IMG/VR virus record: IMGVR_UViG_3300026534_000102
Location: 32,001 to 96,000 of that record
Origin: a virus
Reading direction: 5' to 3' (one strand)
DNA length: 64,000 nucleotides
Part shown: piece after piece, positions 27,040 through 36,611 of the stretch
Layout: each line of letters begins with the position of its first letter
How positions within the stretch are numbered: position 1 is the first letter of the stretch
The notes under the pieces: generated by a model
Databases searched by the model: none
The model's input: the letters and a program-made list of their open reading frames with translations, nothing else
Told to the model about the DNA's origin: nothing
Program-made: the position numbers and the translations under genes

Positions 27040-28083
27040 CTATATATTCTTCAAAATTTTAAGTAGTTCATTCTCTTTTAAATCAGCTGGGTCTGTCCCC
27101 TCAGGCCCATACATGATTAAAGGAGTAATTTTAATTTTTTTACCCATCTCCACAAAAGCTTTGTTGGCACCAACAATACCTGGAACATCATTATCAAACA
27201 AAATCGCTATTCCCTTGTTAGCATATTTATAAATTAAACTTTGTTGACCCGGAGTAATTACAGAACCCATTACTGCGACCACGTTATACATCCCTATTTC
27301 ATATAACTTCCAAACACTTTTAAATCCTTCAACTACAATCAGCTTCTGAGTAGTTAAAAAATCTTTGGCGTTGTTTAAGTTGTACAAAACCCGATCTTTA
27401 AGTAAACCTGGAGTAATGATATATTTTTCTGAATCATCGATGTCCTTTATTCTACGAACATCACGTAAACTATACGCTAATAATGTGCCATCCACATCTC
27501 TTATAGGAATAATATCTCTAATATTCCCTTCTCCATCAACATAGCCGCCGCCTATTTCAAAATGGTCTAAGGTTTTTGGACTAAAACCATCCTTTAAAAA
27601 CCCATTAGATCTAAAGCTTAAATGTGCATGTAAATGTTCTTCTGATACATATGAGGGTTTATGATGCGTAGTACAATGCTCTCTTATAAAAGCTTTTTTC
27701 TCTTGTTCTATCTTCAATTTATTAAATACATCATCATTCAAGTCAACCGAACCTACTAACGTTTTTAAATAATTTACGGCGCCAAAAAAATCTAAATCTT
27801 TACTAACTCTTATTAAAGAAATTATATCTCTACCTAATATATCATGGCATTTATGAGTAAAACAAACCCAGGTGCGGCTTTCTCTGTTGAACCTAAAAGC
27901 AGAAGAATTATCCCCACCATGTATATGACAAGATGCCCTAAACTCTTTTGCTGTCTCCCGAACGATAGTAAAACCTAAAGACTCTAAAAGAACTCTACAA
28001 TCAACAGAATTCTTCAAGACCATCAATTCTTTCTTAAACGCTTCCCAATCTTCAAAAGTATTATTCTTAGATAAGTTCTTCAT
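27040..28083 (-). CDS. dnaG: DnaG-type DNA primase
   Basis: CHIH...CF..C CHC2 zinc finger, IIPIRD, LYNL, TOPRIM VEG, FDND.PG, DPAD. Start uncertain (28083 versus 28122). Confidence 0.9.
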   Translation of the reverse strand: MKNLSKNNTFEDWEAFKKELMVLKNSVDCRVLLESLGFTIVRETAKEFRASCHIHGGDNSSAFRFNRESRTWVCFTHKCHDILGRDIISLIRVSKDLDFFGAVNYLKTLVGSVDLNDDVFNKLKIEQEKKAFIREHCTTHHKPSYVSEEHLHAHLSFRSNGFLKDGFSPKTLDHFEIGGGYVDGEGNIRDIIPIRDVDGTLLAYSLRDVRRIKDIDDSEKYIITPGLLKDRVLYNLNNAKDFLTTQKLIVVEGFKSVWKLYEIGMYNVVAVMGSVITPGQQSLIYKYANKGIAILFDNDVPGIVGANKAFVEMGKKIKITPLIMYGPEGTDPADLKENELLKILKNI

Positions 28084-29473
28084 CTGAATATGTTGCATCC
28101 GCACTATCCTCATTGAGTACATCGTCGTCTTTCATATAATTAATAAGCTGGTTTTCAGCGTCCACCTCTTTAATTCTTAGGTATTCTTTGAAAAAATAAT
28201 AACCTATACCAGCTTCCCCAGTACTGCCGCCTCTACGAGTATCTCTAATAAGAAGTTTATGAGTTCCACCTTTATAACCACCGGCCTCAATTTCTTCTTT
28301 TTCCTTTTTAAACCAATGAGCAATAATGTCAGCATATCGTGCTATTTTATCACTGTCCGCAACATCGTTGGCTCTATTTAATTGAACGGCACTTAGAATA
28401 GGGACATCTAACTCCCCCGACAAATCTTTCAGTTTAGTTGCCACGTCTCCTAAAATTTGGTATTCTTTTCTCTGTTTGTCAGAATTACCATAAATAGCAG
28501 GTTCTTTCAAATAATCAAACACTATCAAACCTATATTATGTTTTAGTTTAAACTTTTTACAAAGCGCTACTAATTTGTCAATACTATACCCAGGCATATA
28601 CTCATGAAATAAAAGACCATTCGCAATTAAATTTAAACATCGTTTGATAATATTATTATACTCGTCTTCACTGTAGCCACCATGTATAATAGTTCGTTCT
28701 TTTACACCAGACATTCCTGCTACCAATCTTGACCTAAATTGATGGAATGGAAGTTCAGTGTCAATATAAAGGGTGGGAACTCTCAACTTGTAAGCATCAT
28801 ATGTAGCTATATTGGTAAGTAAAGCACTTTTTCCCATTTTCTTACGAGCAGCTATAAACATTAAAGTGCCTGGGATTAAACCATCTATTTGTTTGTCTAA
28901 TATAGGATATCCAGTTGACAACCCAGACATCTCTATTTTATGTTCTTTTCGATCTTCAATCCATTCTTTAAGACCATCAGCAACATCCAAAGGTTCCTGA
29001 ATAGACCTGCTTTGCGTAGAAAGGTCTAAAATATAATTTTCAAGGCTTCCTATTAGTTCTTCGCTCGTTTTTTCATCATTTACGCTGTTTTTAATAGCTT
29101 TTTCATGCTCTAAAACAGCCTCATAGAGTTTACATTTTGTGCTAGACTCTAATACATTAAACAGAACCTTATCAAAATTTTCACCTTTAGTGCTTGTACC
29201 GACTACCCCATTAACATATTCATAGCCACCTAAATTGTCTATAATTCCTTGTTTACGGGCCTCATTTAATATGATAACTCCATCTAACTTTTTATAACCC
29301 GACAAGTATAAATCACTGATAAGTATAAAAAACAATCGATGTTCAGCATCCAAAAAATCCTCTGGCACAAGCTTAGATGCTACAGTATAATATAAATCTT
29401 GATCGGACAAACAAAAATTTAATAACAACCGCTCATCACCAGCAGAACAAAAAAGAGCCTTACCTTTGCCCAT
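28067..29473 (-). CDS. dnaB: DnaB-type replicative helicase
   Basis: GLSTGYPILD, AARKKMGKS, IDTE, FDYL, AVQLNR, ADSDKI...AD. Confidence 0.94.
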   Translation of the reverse strand: MGKGKALFCSAGDERLLLNFCLSDQDLYYTVASKLVPEDFLDAEHRLFFILISDLYLSGYKKLDGVIILNEARKQGIIDNLGGYEYVNGVVGTSTKGENFDKVLFNVLESSTKCKLYEAVLEHEKAIKNSVNDEKTSEELIGSLENYILDLSTQSRSIQEPLDVADGLKEWIEDRKEHKIEMSGLSTGYPILDKQIDGLIPGTLMFIAARKKMGKSALLTNIATYDAYKLRVPTLYIDTELPFHQFRSRLVAGMSGVKERTIIHGGYSEDEYNNIIKRCLNLIANGLLFHEYMPGYSIDKLVALCKKFKLKHNIGLIVFDYLKEPAIYGNSDKQRKEYQILGDVATKLKDLSGELDVPILSAVQLNRANDVADSDKIARYADIIAHWFKKEKEEIEAGGYKGGTHKLLIRDTRRGGSTGEAGIGYYFFKEYLRIKEVDAENQLINYMKDDDVLNEDSADATYSDEELI

Positions 29474-29477
29474 CCAC

Positions 29478-29936
29478 TTACCTCCTATTCATTTTAGAAA
29501 ATGACAGTTCTTCGCCTCGCCGTGTCAATTCTCGTTTCAATGCGTTTATTAGTTCTAAAATAGTTTTATCCATTCCTTCAGTCATTATAAGCTCATAATT
29601 CAGTTTGTCAAGCGCTTTTCTCATGGAAGACAAGGACGCATTGTTACTAATTAAATATTCCCTAGCATCTGCCTTTGTTTTAAATTTTTTTAATATCTCT
29701 TGGCCTAACAAATGAAATACAATCCTTTCTATTTCTTGTTTAATCTTTAAAATTTTCATTTTTAATTTATTACGTTGATATCGCATATAAACTAAATACT
29801 GTGCCAGAGCAGCACAAAACTTACTTAGCTCGACACTTTCTAAACTATCTAATTTATTAAAATTGTAAGAAAAAGCCCGTTCCACCAAATCAAGTGTGGG
29901 CGCTATTTTTTTATACATAAAAATGGTTTGATCCAT
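29478..29936 (-). CDS. Hypothetical helical/coiled-coil protein (possibly a UvsY-like recombination mediator)
   Basis: 152 aa, amphipathic helical, located between RecA and the helicase. The function is a guess from size and context. Confidence 0.45.
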   Translation of the reverse strand: MDQTIFMYKKIAPTLDLVERAFSYNFNKLDSLESVELSKFCAALAQYLVYMRYQRNKLKMKILKIKQEIERIVFHLLGQEILKKFKTKADAREYLISNNASLSSMRKALDKLNYELIMTEGMDKTILELINALKRELTRRGEELSFSKMNRR

Positions 29937-30184
29937 TAGGAAATTTCCTCATCTACTCCTTTAGTTTCCTCGGTAACATTCATTCCCGTACAAAAATAAT
30001 CAAACTCTAATTTTCCAGTTTCTTTATTAATGAACGATAACCAATCACTTTTCATATTAATTTGTCTACACAAAAGACTAAGAGAACAGTATTTAGTGTC
30101 TCCTACTTTGGTACCATCTTCCATTGGGCACCAATCCATACAATCCTTATTGTGTTTTTTATTTATGTTTATAATTTTACTCAT
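29936..30184 (-). CDS. Hypothetical protein
   Basis: 82 aa, translationally coupled (overlapping stop/start) to both neighbours. Confidence 0.6.
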   Translation of the reverse strand: MSKIININKKHNKDCMDWCPMEDGTKVGDTKYCSLSLLCRQINMKSDWLSFINKETGKLEFDYFCTGMNVTEETKGVDEEIS

Positions 30185-30533
30185 AAAAACCCCTATCTAA
30201 GGCTTTGTTTATTTTTTCTTTCACAAAAGCACCAGAAATTTTTTCGTTATAATAAAATCTAACCAAACTACGTGTATTGTCCTGTTGTATGTATTCTATT
30301 TTAAGATTATCTCTTTTCTTTTGGTTCAGAAAACGCTCTTTTGTACCATGGAAATGAAGATTAAATTTAACATGTTGCTGCCCCTGAACCTCTACATACA
30401 AATTAAATTCTTTTATATAAAAATCAAAAAACAACTTAGTATTTCGATAGTTCACATAAAGTTCAGGTATAATGGTATACCTGGGAAATAGAGCTTTCAA
30501 AATTTCATGAACACTATTTGCTATTTCGCTCAT
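30177..30533 (-). CDS. Vsr/DUF559-like restriction-fold endonuclease
   Basis: LFFDFYI...VEVQGQQH...QKKRDNLK pattern. Confidence 0.75.
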   Translation of the reverse strand: MSEIANSVHEILKALFPRYTIIPELYVNYRNTKLFFDFYIKEFNLYVEVQGQQHVKFNLHFHGTKERFLNQKKRDNLKIEYIQQDNTRSLVRFYYNEKISGAFVKEKINKALDRGFYE

Positions 30534-31554
30534 ATTGTTCCTTTAGTCCAGTAAGCTCTACTATTTGAGTTCTAAGGGTTGAATAAAAGTCATCATGCTC
30601 TTTAAGATAAGCTACAGCATTTTCTTCTCCCTGCGCAAATTTTTCATCTGAATGATAATAATAAGCCCCCCTTTTTTCTATCAAACCTAACCCTTCGGAT
30701 AATACCAACACTTCCCTATAAACATCATATCCAACACCATAAATTAAAGGCACCTCCGCCGTACGATAAGGTGGCGCCAACTTATTTTTTCTAACCGTAA
30801 AAGTAGTCTTATGACCCAAAACTTCTCCTGTAATAGGATCAACAATTCTTTGATTTTTAAATGCGCCACCAGATACTTGAATACGGCCAGTTGCATAAAA
30901 ATCCAATGCGGCGCCGCCAGTAGTTGTAGTAGGATCGCCCCAACTCCCAATTTTAGTTCTTATCTGATTAATAAAAATAACCAATGTATTAGTTTCACTA
31001 GCAAGAGGACTAAAACGGCGCATTGCCTTACTCATAAGACGTGCTAACAACCCAATATGATCATCTCCTATGACTGAGTCTGCTTCCGCAGACGGCATAA
31101 GAGCAGAAACACTATCAATAACGGCAACATCTATTTCTCCTGTCTTTACTAATGTTTCTACGGCATCTAGATTTTCTTCGCCATTAAAAGCCCTAATTAG
31201 TTCAACCTCATCTATATTAACGCCCATAGATTTAAATAATTTAGGATCGGCTGCATGCTCGGCATCACAAAAACAACACTTCATACCCCGTTTTTGAGCT
31301 TGTGCCATTATACTCATAGCCAATGTGGTTTTTCCACAAGACGGCTCCCCAAATAATTCATAAATCCTACCCAGAGCCACTCCTCCACGGCCTAACGCAA
31401 TATCCAAACCTAAACATCCGGTTGAAACCGTGTTGATGTCTAAGTCGCCTTGTTCACCTAAAGTACTTATAATGCTACCATACTTTTTTATTATAGCCTT
31501 CTTGGCCAACTCTAAACTATTAATCTCTTTCTTAATACTTTTCTTTTTTGCCAT
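30514..31554 (-). CDS. recA: RecA recombinase
   Basis: STGCLGLDIALG.GG, GEPSCGKTT, DAEHA, IDSVSAL, ARLMSKAMR, FINQIR, GG.ALDFY, KNKLAPP. Confidence 0.97.
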   Translation of the reverse strand: MAKKKSIKKEINSLELAKKAIIKKYGSIISTLGEQGDLDINTVSTGCLGLDIALGRGGVALGRIYELFGEPSCGKTTLAMSIMAQAQKRGMKCCFCDAEHAADPKLFKSMGVNIDEVELIRAFNGEENLDAVETLVKTGEIDVAVIDSVSALMPSAEADSVIGDDHIGLLARLMSKAMRRFSPLASETNTLVIFINQIRTKIGSWGDPTTTTGGAALDFYATGRIQVSGGAFKNQRIVDPITGEVLGHKTTFTVRKNKLAPPYRTAEVPLIYGVGYDVYREVLVLSEGLGLIEKRGAYYYHSDEKFAQGEENAVAYLKEHDDFYSTLRTQIVELTGLKEQYERNSK

Positions 31555-31555
31555 A

Positions 31556-32122
31556 CTAAATCCCTTCCAACCTTAAGAATTCAACACCTTTTTCCTTTAA
31601 AATTTTGTCTAATATTTCTTTTTCAATACGTTCATCCAAACAACGTTGTTGTTCTTTATTTTTATCATGAATAATTCTAATTATTTTCTCAGTAACCCAT
31701 CCCATTTTTTGCTGACCAAAAATCCCAAAATTGCTAACAGGCCCATCAAAATTAAATTCAGAACTGTTTTTAAATAATGTCTCTATAATAAGGGAACATT
31801 CTTGAAGTGCTTCTTTCTTGGTTATAGAAGATGCATCCATTCTACTTTGTACAAAATCTTTGGCAATCTTCATATCTTTTTTAATGTTCCTATAGTAACC
31901 CACGGCTTGAGGATAGTGATAATCAACCAATGCATAAAACAACTGAACTAAATCTTTGGTATTTTTCACATTTGTATATTTCGGTTCAATTGGTTCAATG
32001 ATTTTATACCCCAAAAACCGTAAATATTCTTTACATTTAACTTCAATCAATTGTTCTCTTATCAATGTCTCTTGATTAAGAGCATCAAATAATTCTGATA
32101 AAATTTTTTCTTTAACTATCAT
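31556..32122 (-). CDS. Hypothetical protein
   Basis: 188 aa ORF packed within the replication operon. Confidence 0.65.
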   Translation of the reverse strand: MIVKEKILSELFDALNQETLIREQLIEVKCKEYLRFLGYKIIEPIEPKYTNVKNTKDLVQLFYALVDYHYPQAVGYYRNIKKDMKIAKDFVQSRMDASSITKKEALQECSLIIETLFKNSSEFNFDGPVSNFGIFGQQKMGWVTEKIIRIIHDKNKEQQRCLDERIEKEILDKILKEKGVEFLRLEGI

Positions 32123-32125
32123 AAT

Positions 32126-33265
32126 TTACCGTCTTCGTAAAGGCACAATTAGAGCTTTCTGGTTATTATAAGACATAGAATCAAACAACACATTTTTAGT
32201 GGGTTCTTCAGAGAACCTTATAGCAATAATTGTGTCTTTAATCGCATCAATTGTTTTATACAACAACAATCCATTCATGTCCACTATGTGTTCTCCAGAA
32301 AAATTAAAATCACAATCACATATAAATTGACCAGACTCATTATAAAAAGTTAATTTTTTATTTTCTATCTTAATAGACAAGCGGTTATAGTCATTAGCAT
32401 CTAATGAATCAATAAAAGGCACCAAATTACTCATAAGTACTTCTTTATCCACTGCTATTTCGTGCTGGTAGTCAGTCAGAAGACCTTTATAATCAGGGAA
32501 TTTAGATCCCACTATTGTCTTTCCCCATAACAATACATCGCCTGATTGCATTTTTATCGACTTATCACTAACTTCAAAGTTCATGATTATATCTGGAGAA
32601 ATAAATCTACGCAATGCCATCACATAATCCAGTTTTACGACAAAAGCTTCATTTGTTATTTCACTCTCATTACCAATAGTAAACTCAGAAAGCGCTTTAC
32701 CATCACTACCAACAAAACAAATATCATTTTCATCGAACCTTAAACACATTCCTCTTAAAGATGCTGCCATACAATTCGGATCAACACAGTATAAGACCTT
32801 ACTAACCGCCGCCTTCAGGGCATCAGAATTAAGAGTAAAAGTAGTATTCTTAATGGCAGTTTGTTTCGGAATACTATCAGCATTGTACACAGACAAGCGC
32901 ATTCTTCCATTCGAAACCTTACCATTTGAATACTTGTTTTTAACAGAAATGATTATATTATGTTCGTCTCCCTTAAATACAAAATCTTTTGCACCAACCT
33001 GCTTTTCTTCATCCCAAGCAATAAAAGGCGATACAAAAGACTTTAAACTACTAAAAATTACAGATGTCCTTCCAATTTCTTCAACTACTACATTATGAGT
33101 AAGTATAGAAACTCCAGTAGATAAATTATTAGACAAAAACAAAACACTATCTTTTGACACTTCAATTAAAATCCTACCAGGCACTTCAGCCGTATTAACC
33201 TTAGCAGTAATACCCAACAAATTAACAACACCCTGTAATTCTTGAACAGGAATACTAAACTTCAT
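32126..33265 (-). CDS. dnaN: DNA polymerase III beta sliding clamp
   Basis: 379 aa; MKFSI start, L.GM, VGSDG..L, KFPDY..L, C-terminal LIVPLR; AGGAG RBS. Confidence 0.88.
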   Translation of the reverse strand: MKFSIPVQELQGVVNLLGITAKVNTAEVPGRILIEVSKDSVLFLSNNLSTGVSILTHNVVVEEIGRTSVIFSSLKSFVSPFIAWDEEKQVGAKDFVFKGDEHNIIISVKNKYSNGKVSNGRMRLSVYNADSIPKQTAIKNTTFTLNSDALKAAVSKVLYCVDPNCMAASLRGMCLRFDENDICFVGSDGKALSEFTIGNESEITNEAFVVKLDYVMALRRFISPDIIMNFEVSDKSIKMQSGDVLLWGKTIVGSKFPDYKGLLTDYQHEIAVDKEVLMSNLVPFIDSLDANDYNRLSIKIENKKLTFYNESGQFICDCDFNFSGEHIVDMNGLLLYKTIDAIKDTIIAIRFSEEPTKNVLFDSMSYNNQKALIVPLRRR

Positions 33266-33311
33266 ATTGTAATTCTCCTTTTAAATTTAATTTATCTTCA
33301 CAACTGATGTA

Positions 33312-33339
33312 AAGTTAAGACATTATTTTAATTTGTCAA
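33312..33339 (-). promoter_or_regulatory. Sigma70-like promoter at the head of the replication/glycan gene run
   Basis: Minus strand TTGACA-16 bp-TAACTT with an A-rich upstream tract, about 45 bp before the dnaN ATG in one of only two sizeable intergenic gaps. Confidence 0.6.
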
Positions 33340-33391
33340 GAATTTTTTTGACTTTTTTTAATTAATTCTTTTTTTTGTACTTTTGTTAAAA

Positions 33392-35503
33392 TTAATTAAC
33401 GATTTCAATTCCGTCACTGTCGTATCCGACTACTGTCGAATAAGGGGCTTGCCCTAATATAAAGGCTCCAATACTTGTCTGCGCTGACTTAACATATTTT
33501 GGTACAATTTGTGCTTTGAGTTGTGCCAACATACTTTTATGGTTTAAATTAATTACAGCATTTAGATCAGAGGATGCTTCCCACGTAACAAACTCTATAA
33601 TACTCCTGACCGCATCATCAATTAATCTATATTTTGATAGGTTGTGTAATGCTGCTGCTCTAAAAAGACGGCGTTTTTTTCCAGTTAATAGGTTTTCAGG
33701 AGAATACGCAGTGGCCTGTAACAACCACTTATCAAAAAAACCAGCAGCAAAAACTTTATCAGCAGTAGATAAGTAAACATACTCTTTAACGGCATCCTTT
33801 AGGGAAAACTCAACTACTTTTGATAATAACAACCTATTAGGATCAGCAACACTTGGTTTATAAACACGTTCTTTATTTTTTTGATGCTCAAAAACATAAT
33901 TTCTTAAGTAAACAGAATAAACTTTAGCTGATAAATCAGTATGCATAGGAATAGGAGTTAAATTAGCAGACATATCGCTTATGCCATTAAACAATGTAAA
34001 ATAAACAGGAAGAATGTCATATACTTTAGCGGCATCACTTTTAATTCTTATTGTTAAAGGTAATTTATCTAAAACTACACGTGTAAGTGTTTCTCCAACA
34101 GAAGCTGATAAATCGACAGGAGTCAGATCTTTAATCCCCCTCAAATACCCGCCAAGATCCGATTTAAATACAGAACTTATATAGGCACTTAAATTTGAAA
34201 ATTTAGAAAAAATACAAGACACATTTATCATAGCAGACAAGTCATAATTATTTAATGTAATCATTTTTAATATGGATGTCAAGCGAATCATTTTAGGAAA
34301 TATACTGGCAGGCAAATTTCCAAATCCCGCCGGGAAAATTTTTGCAGATAACACTGAGTATGAGTCAATAAAAACATATGCCTTCAAATCCAACTTATCC
34401 CAACCATAAGTAGACGAAGGCAAATTTTTGAATTCTTTAGATGCCACAACAGGTCTTGCGTATGCAATTAAATCTTTAAATCCACCAGACCCATTAATGT
34501 AAGCCTTTAATTGATATGGATAATCTTTACCATACAAAGAGGCTGTTAAATAAGCTTCTTGCCAACCATGAATTTTAGCAGGTAAACGTATAGGTGAAAT
34601 TGAATGTATATACCCACCTAAATTCTTAATTTCATACGAAAAAATATAAGCTGGTAGATATCTAAACTGAAAAGCCACTATGTAAGCACTCAAGTTTCTC
34701 TTAGCTTCTCTTACCCAACCCTTTACCAAACTTCCCAAATTTATCCAAACGTGCGTTCCTATATATGAGCTTAAATCAGCATACGGCTTCCCTTTTATAT
34801 ACGCAGCTAAATTTAAACTATTCCAACCATGAATTAGAGCATACAAATAACGTTCTGGCCACACCTTTAAATAGGCATTAAGATTTTTCGGCGGAACAGG
34901 ATATAGAGATGAAGGTAAATTCTTTAATAACAGCCCTGCTAAAGTTGCATTTAAATTTAATGCCTGCCAGCCATAAACATTTGCCGATAGATCTTTTTGT
35001 CCACTTACAAAAATATTTATATAACCACCTAAATCCCTTGGTAAATCACTACCAATAGTGGCATTAATAATTGAAACAGCATATCCACGAATATACGAAG
35101 GTAAATCTAAATGCTCATAAACCTTAATAAAAGCAGACAAATCGAAAGGAACCTTACTTGCCTTCAATTGCTTTAAAAACGCCGATAAATCGGCCACTCC
35201 ATGCTCTGCGCCTTTTATACTTATTCGTGCTCCCAAATCACGTATTCCGCCATAAACACAACGTCCTTTTAAAATCTGAACCCCATACGCAGAATAACCA
35301 ATAACATATGTGGGACAATACTTTTTATAAGTATACGTAGACTCCTGGTATATTCCCATTACTTGTATAGCAGCTTTTAAATCAGAAACACTGTATTCTG
35401 GATGAAAATCTATATCCGTAGGATTATAAGTAGGTTTTGCATATCCAGTCTTAGTGAATTTAAAAGGAATTGCTTTACTATCTGGTGGATTATATCCAGG
35501 CAT
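33392..35503 (-). CDS. Putative virion fibre-like protein with 12-residue repeats
   Basis: More than 25 copies of x[DN]Lx[AG]x[IL]xxxx (e.g. KDLSANVYGWQA, LNLNATLAGLLL, KNLPSSLYPVPP). Confidence 0.65.
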   Translation of the reverse strand: MPGYNPPDSKAIPFKFTKTGYAKPTYNPTDIDFHPEYSVSDLKAAIQVMGIYQESTYTYKKYCPTYVIGYSAYGVQILKGRCVYGGIRDLGARISIKGAEHGVADLSAFLKQLKASKVPFDLSAFIKVYEHLDLPSYIRGYAVSIINATIGSDLPRDLGGYINIFVSGQKDLSANVYGWQALNLNATLAGLLLKNLPSSLYPVPPKNLNAYLKVWPERYLYALIHGWNSLNLAAYIKGKPYADLSSYIGTHVWINLGSLVKGWVREAKRNLSAYIVAFQFRYLPAYIFSYEIKNLGGYIHSISPIRLPAKIHGWQEAYLTASLYGKDYPYQLKAYINGSGGFKDLIAYARPVVASKEFKNLPSSTYGWDKLDLKAYVFIDSYSVLSAKIFPAGFGNLPASIFPKMIRLTSILKMITLNNYDLSAMINVSCIFSKFSNLSAYISSVFKSDLGGYLRGIKDLTPVDLSASVGETLTRVVLDKLPLTIRIKSDAAKVYDILPVYFTLFNGISDMSANLTPIPMHTDLSAKVYSVYLRNYVFEHQKNKERVYKPSVADPNRLLLSKVVEFSLKDAVKEYVYLSTADKVFAAGFFDKWLLQATAYSPENLLTGKKRRLFRAAALHNLSKYRLIDDAVRSIIEFVTWEASSDLNAVINLNHKSMLAQLKAQIVPKYVKSAQTSIGAFILGQAPYSTVVGYDSDGIEIVN

Positions 35504-35504
35504 T

Positions 35505-35828
35505 TTATCCCCTTGATCCTATGTTGATATCAACAACATCTTCCGATGTTAATTTTTCATTGGCAGCGCCGGTATGGGACGTAGTGTAAAAATCCACAAG
35601 TTGCTTAGTAGATAAATCAACAACAGATAAAGACGCTCCGTGACCCGTTGAAGCAGAATAAAACTTAAAAGAAGACCTGCTTGCTTTTTCGTCGGCCCAA
35701 ATAGCTGTAAAATTATTACTATTACCACCTAGTATATAAAATATATTTCCTATAAAATTGAATTCTAAAGGTTGTTTAGGCCTTTTATAAGTTGCATCCT
35801 TAAAATTAAATATTAAATAATCAGACAT
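35505..35828 (-). CDS. Small putative virion protein
   Basis: YILGGNSNNFTAIWA matches the C-terminus of 42217..44301 (YVLEGTSNNINNIWA). Confidence 0.6.
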   Translation of the reverse strand: MSDYLIFNFKDATYKRPKQPLEFNFIGNIFYILGGNSNNFTAIWADEKASRSSFKFYSASTGHGASLSVVDLSTKQLVDFYTTSHTGAANEKLTSEDVVDINIGSRG

Positions 35829-35843
35829 ATATATATATTACCT

Positions 35844-36608
35844 CTAAGCATAATAAACATCAGTATTATAGTTTTCTTCATCTATAACATAAATTCCAGA
35901 AGATGTTGCTATAAATAAAGTGTTTTTTGTTCCGCCGGCAGAAGTATGAGACGTAACATATAAATCATTTATCTTTAATCCTGTACCTACATTAAAAACT
36001 TCACTTGGTTCAACCCAATCCATAAGAGTAGTATTTAACTTATTTATAGAATATTCCCCGCCCGAGATAGTAATATAATATGCCGTCTCATTATCCGGAA
36101 CAAAACACTTATATGCACCAGAAACAGTTGTTTTACTTCTATACCCATTTGGTTCCATTTGAAAAAAATCTACACCAGAAGAAGTACAACACATTATTTT
36201 ATCGTTGTAACCATGAATATATTTTACATTATCAGACGTGATACGAGGATACCTCAGATAATCCATAAGATAAGCAGTCAAATCTACTGGTGTATTAATG
36301 TTTATAGTAATATCATTTTTTGAAAAACATTTAATCCCAGACACAGATGTGGCAACATATACAGTATAATCGTTGCCCCATACAGATTTAAAACCTGAAT
36401 CAAAATGAATATAAGCGCCCTTATGTTCACTATCTATATCTATAATATCGAGACCAGTTCCAATAGCCGCATAAACATAATTAAGATCAGTATAAATTTG
36501 ATAAAGCGTCGAAGGGGCAAAATCGTATACTCCCCCACTCCACGTAGTAGGAAAATATCCCGCATCAGAAAAGTTAAATATCCCTCCGCTAATCGTTGGT
36601 ATTGACAT
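35844..36608 (-). CDS. Putative virion beta-propeller-like protein
   Basis: Repeated YVATSVSG / LFIATSSG blade-like motifs; paralogous to 9220..10815. Confidence 0.65.
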   Translation of the reverse strand: MSIPTISGGIFNFSDAGYFPTTWSGGVYDFAPSTLYQIYTDLNYVYAAIGTGLDIIDIDSEHKGAYIHFDSGFKSVWGNDYTVYVATSVSGIKCFSKNDITININTPVDLTAYLMDYLRYPRITSDNVKYIHGYNDKIMCCTSSGVDFFQMEPNGYRSKTTVSGAYKCFVPDNETAYYITISGGEYSINKLNTTLMDWVEPSEVFNVGTGLKINDLYVTSHTSAGGTKNTLFIATSSGIYVIDEENYNTDVYYA

Positions 36609-36611
36609 AAT

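Noticed and set aside
1-33265. Bacterial chromosome origin, given recA, dnaB, dnaG, dnaN, dnaX, dnaJ and LPS-like genes
   Set aside because: These genes are scattered in cells but here form one co-oriented run with divergent sequences, inteins and giant virion-type genes, with no ribosomal or other housekeeping context. No capsid or terminase gene is in the window, so the phage call remains an inference.
33266-33391. tRNA, ncRNA or intrinsic terminator in the intergenic gap
   Set aside because: No cloverleaf or GC-rich stem followed by a U-tract is visible; the gap is mostly A/T tracts and promoter-like sequence.
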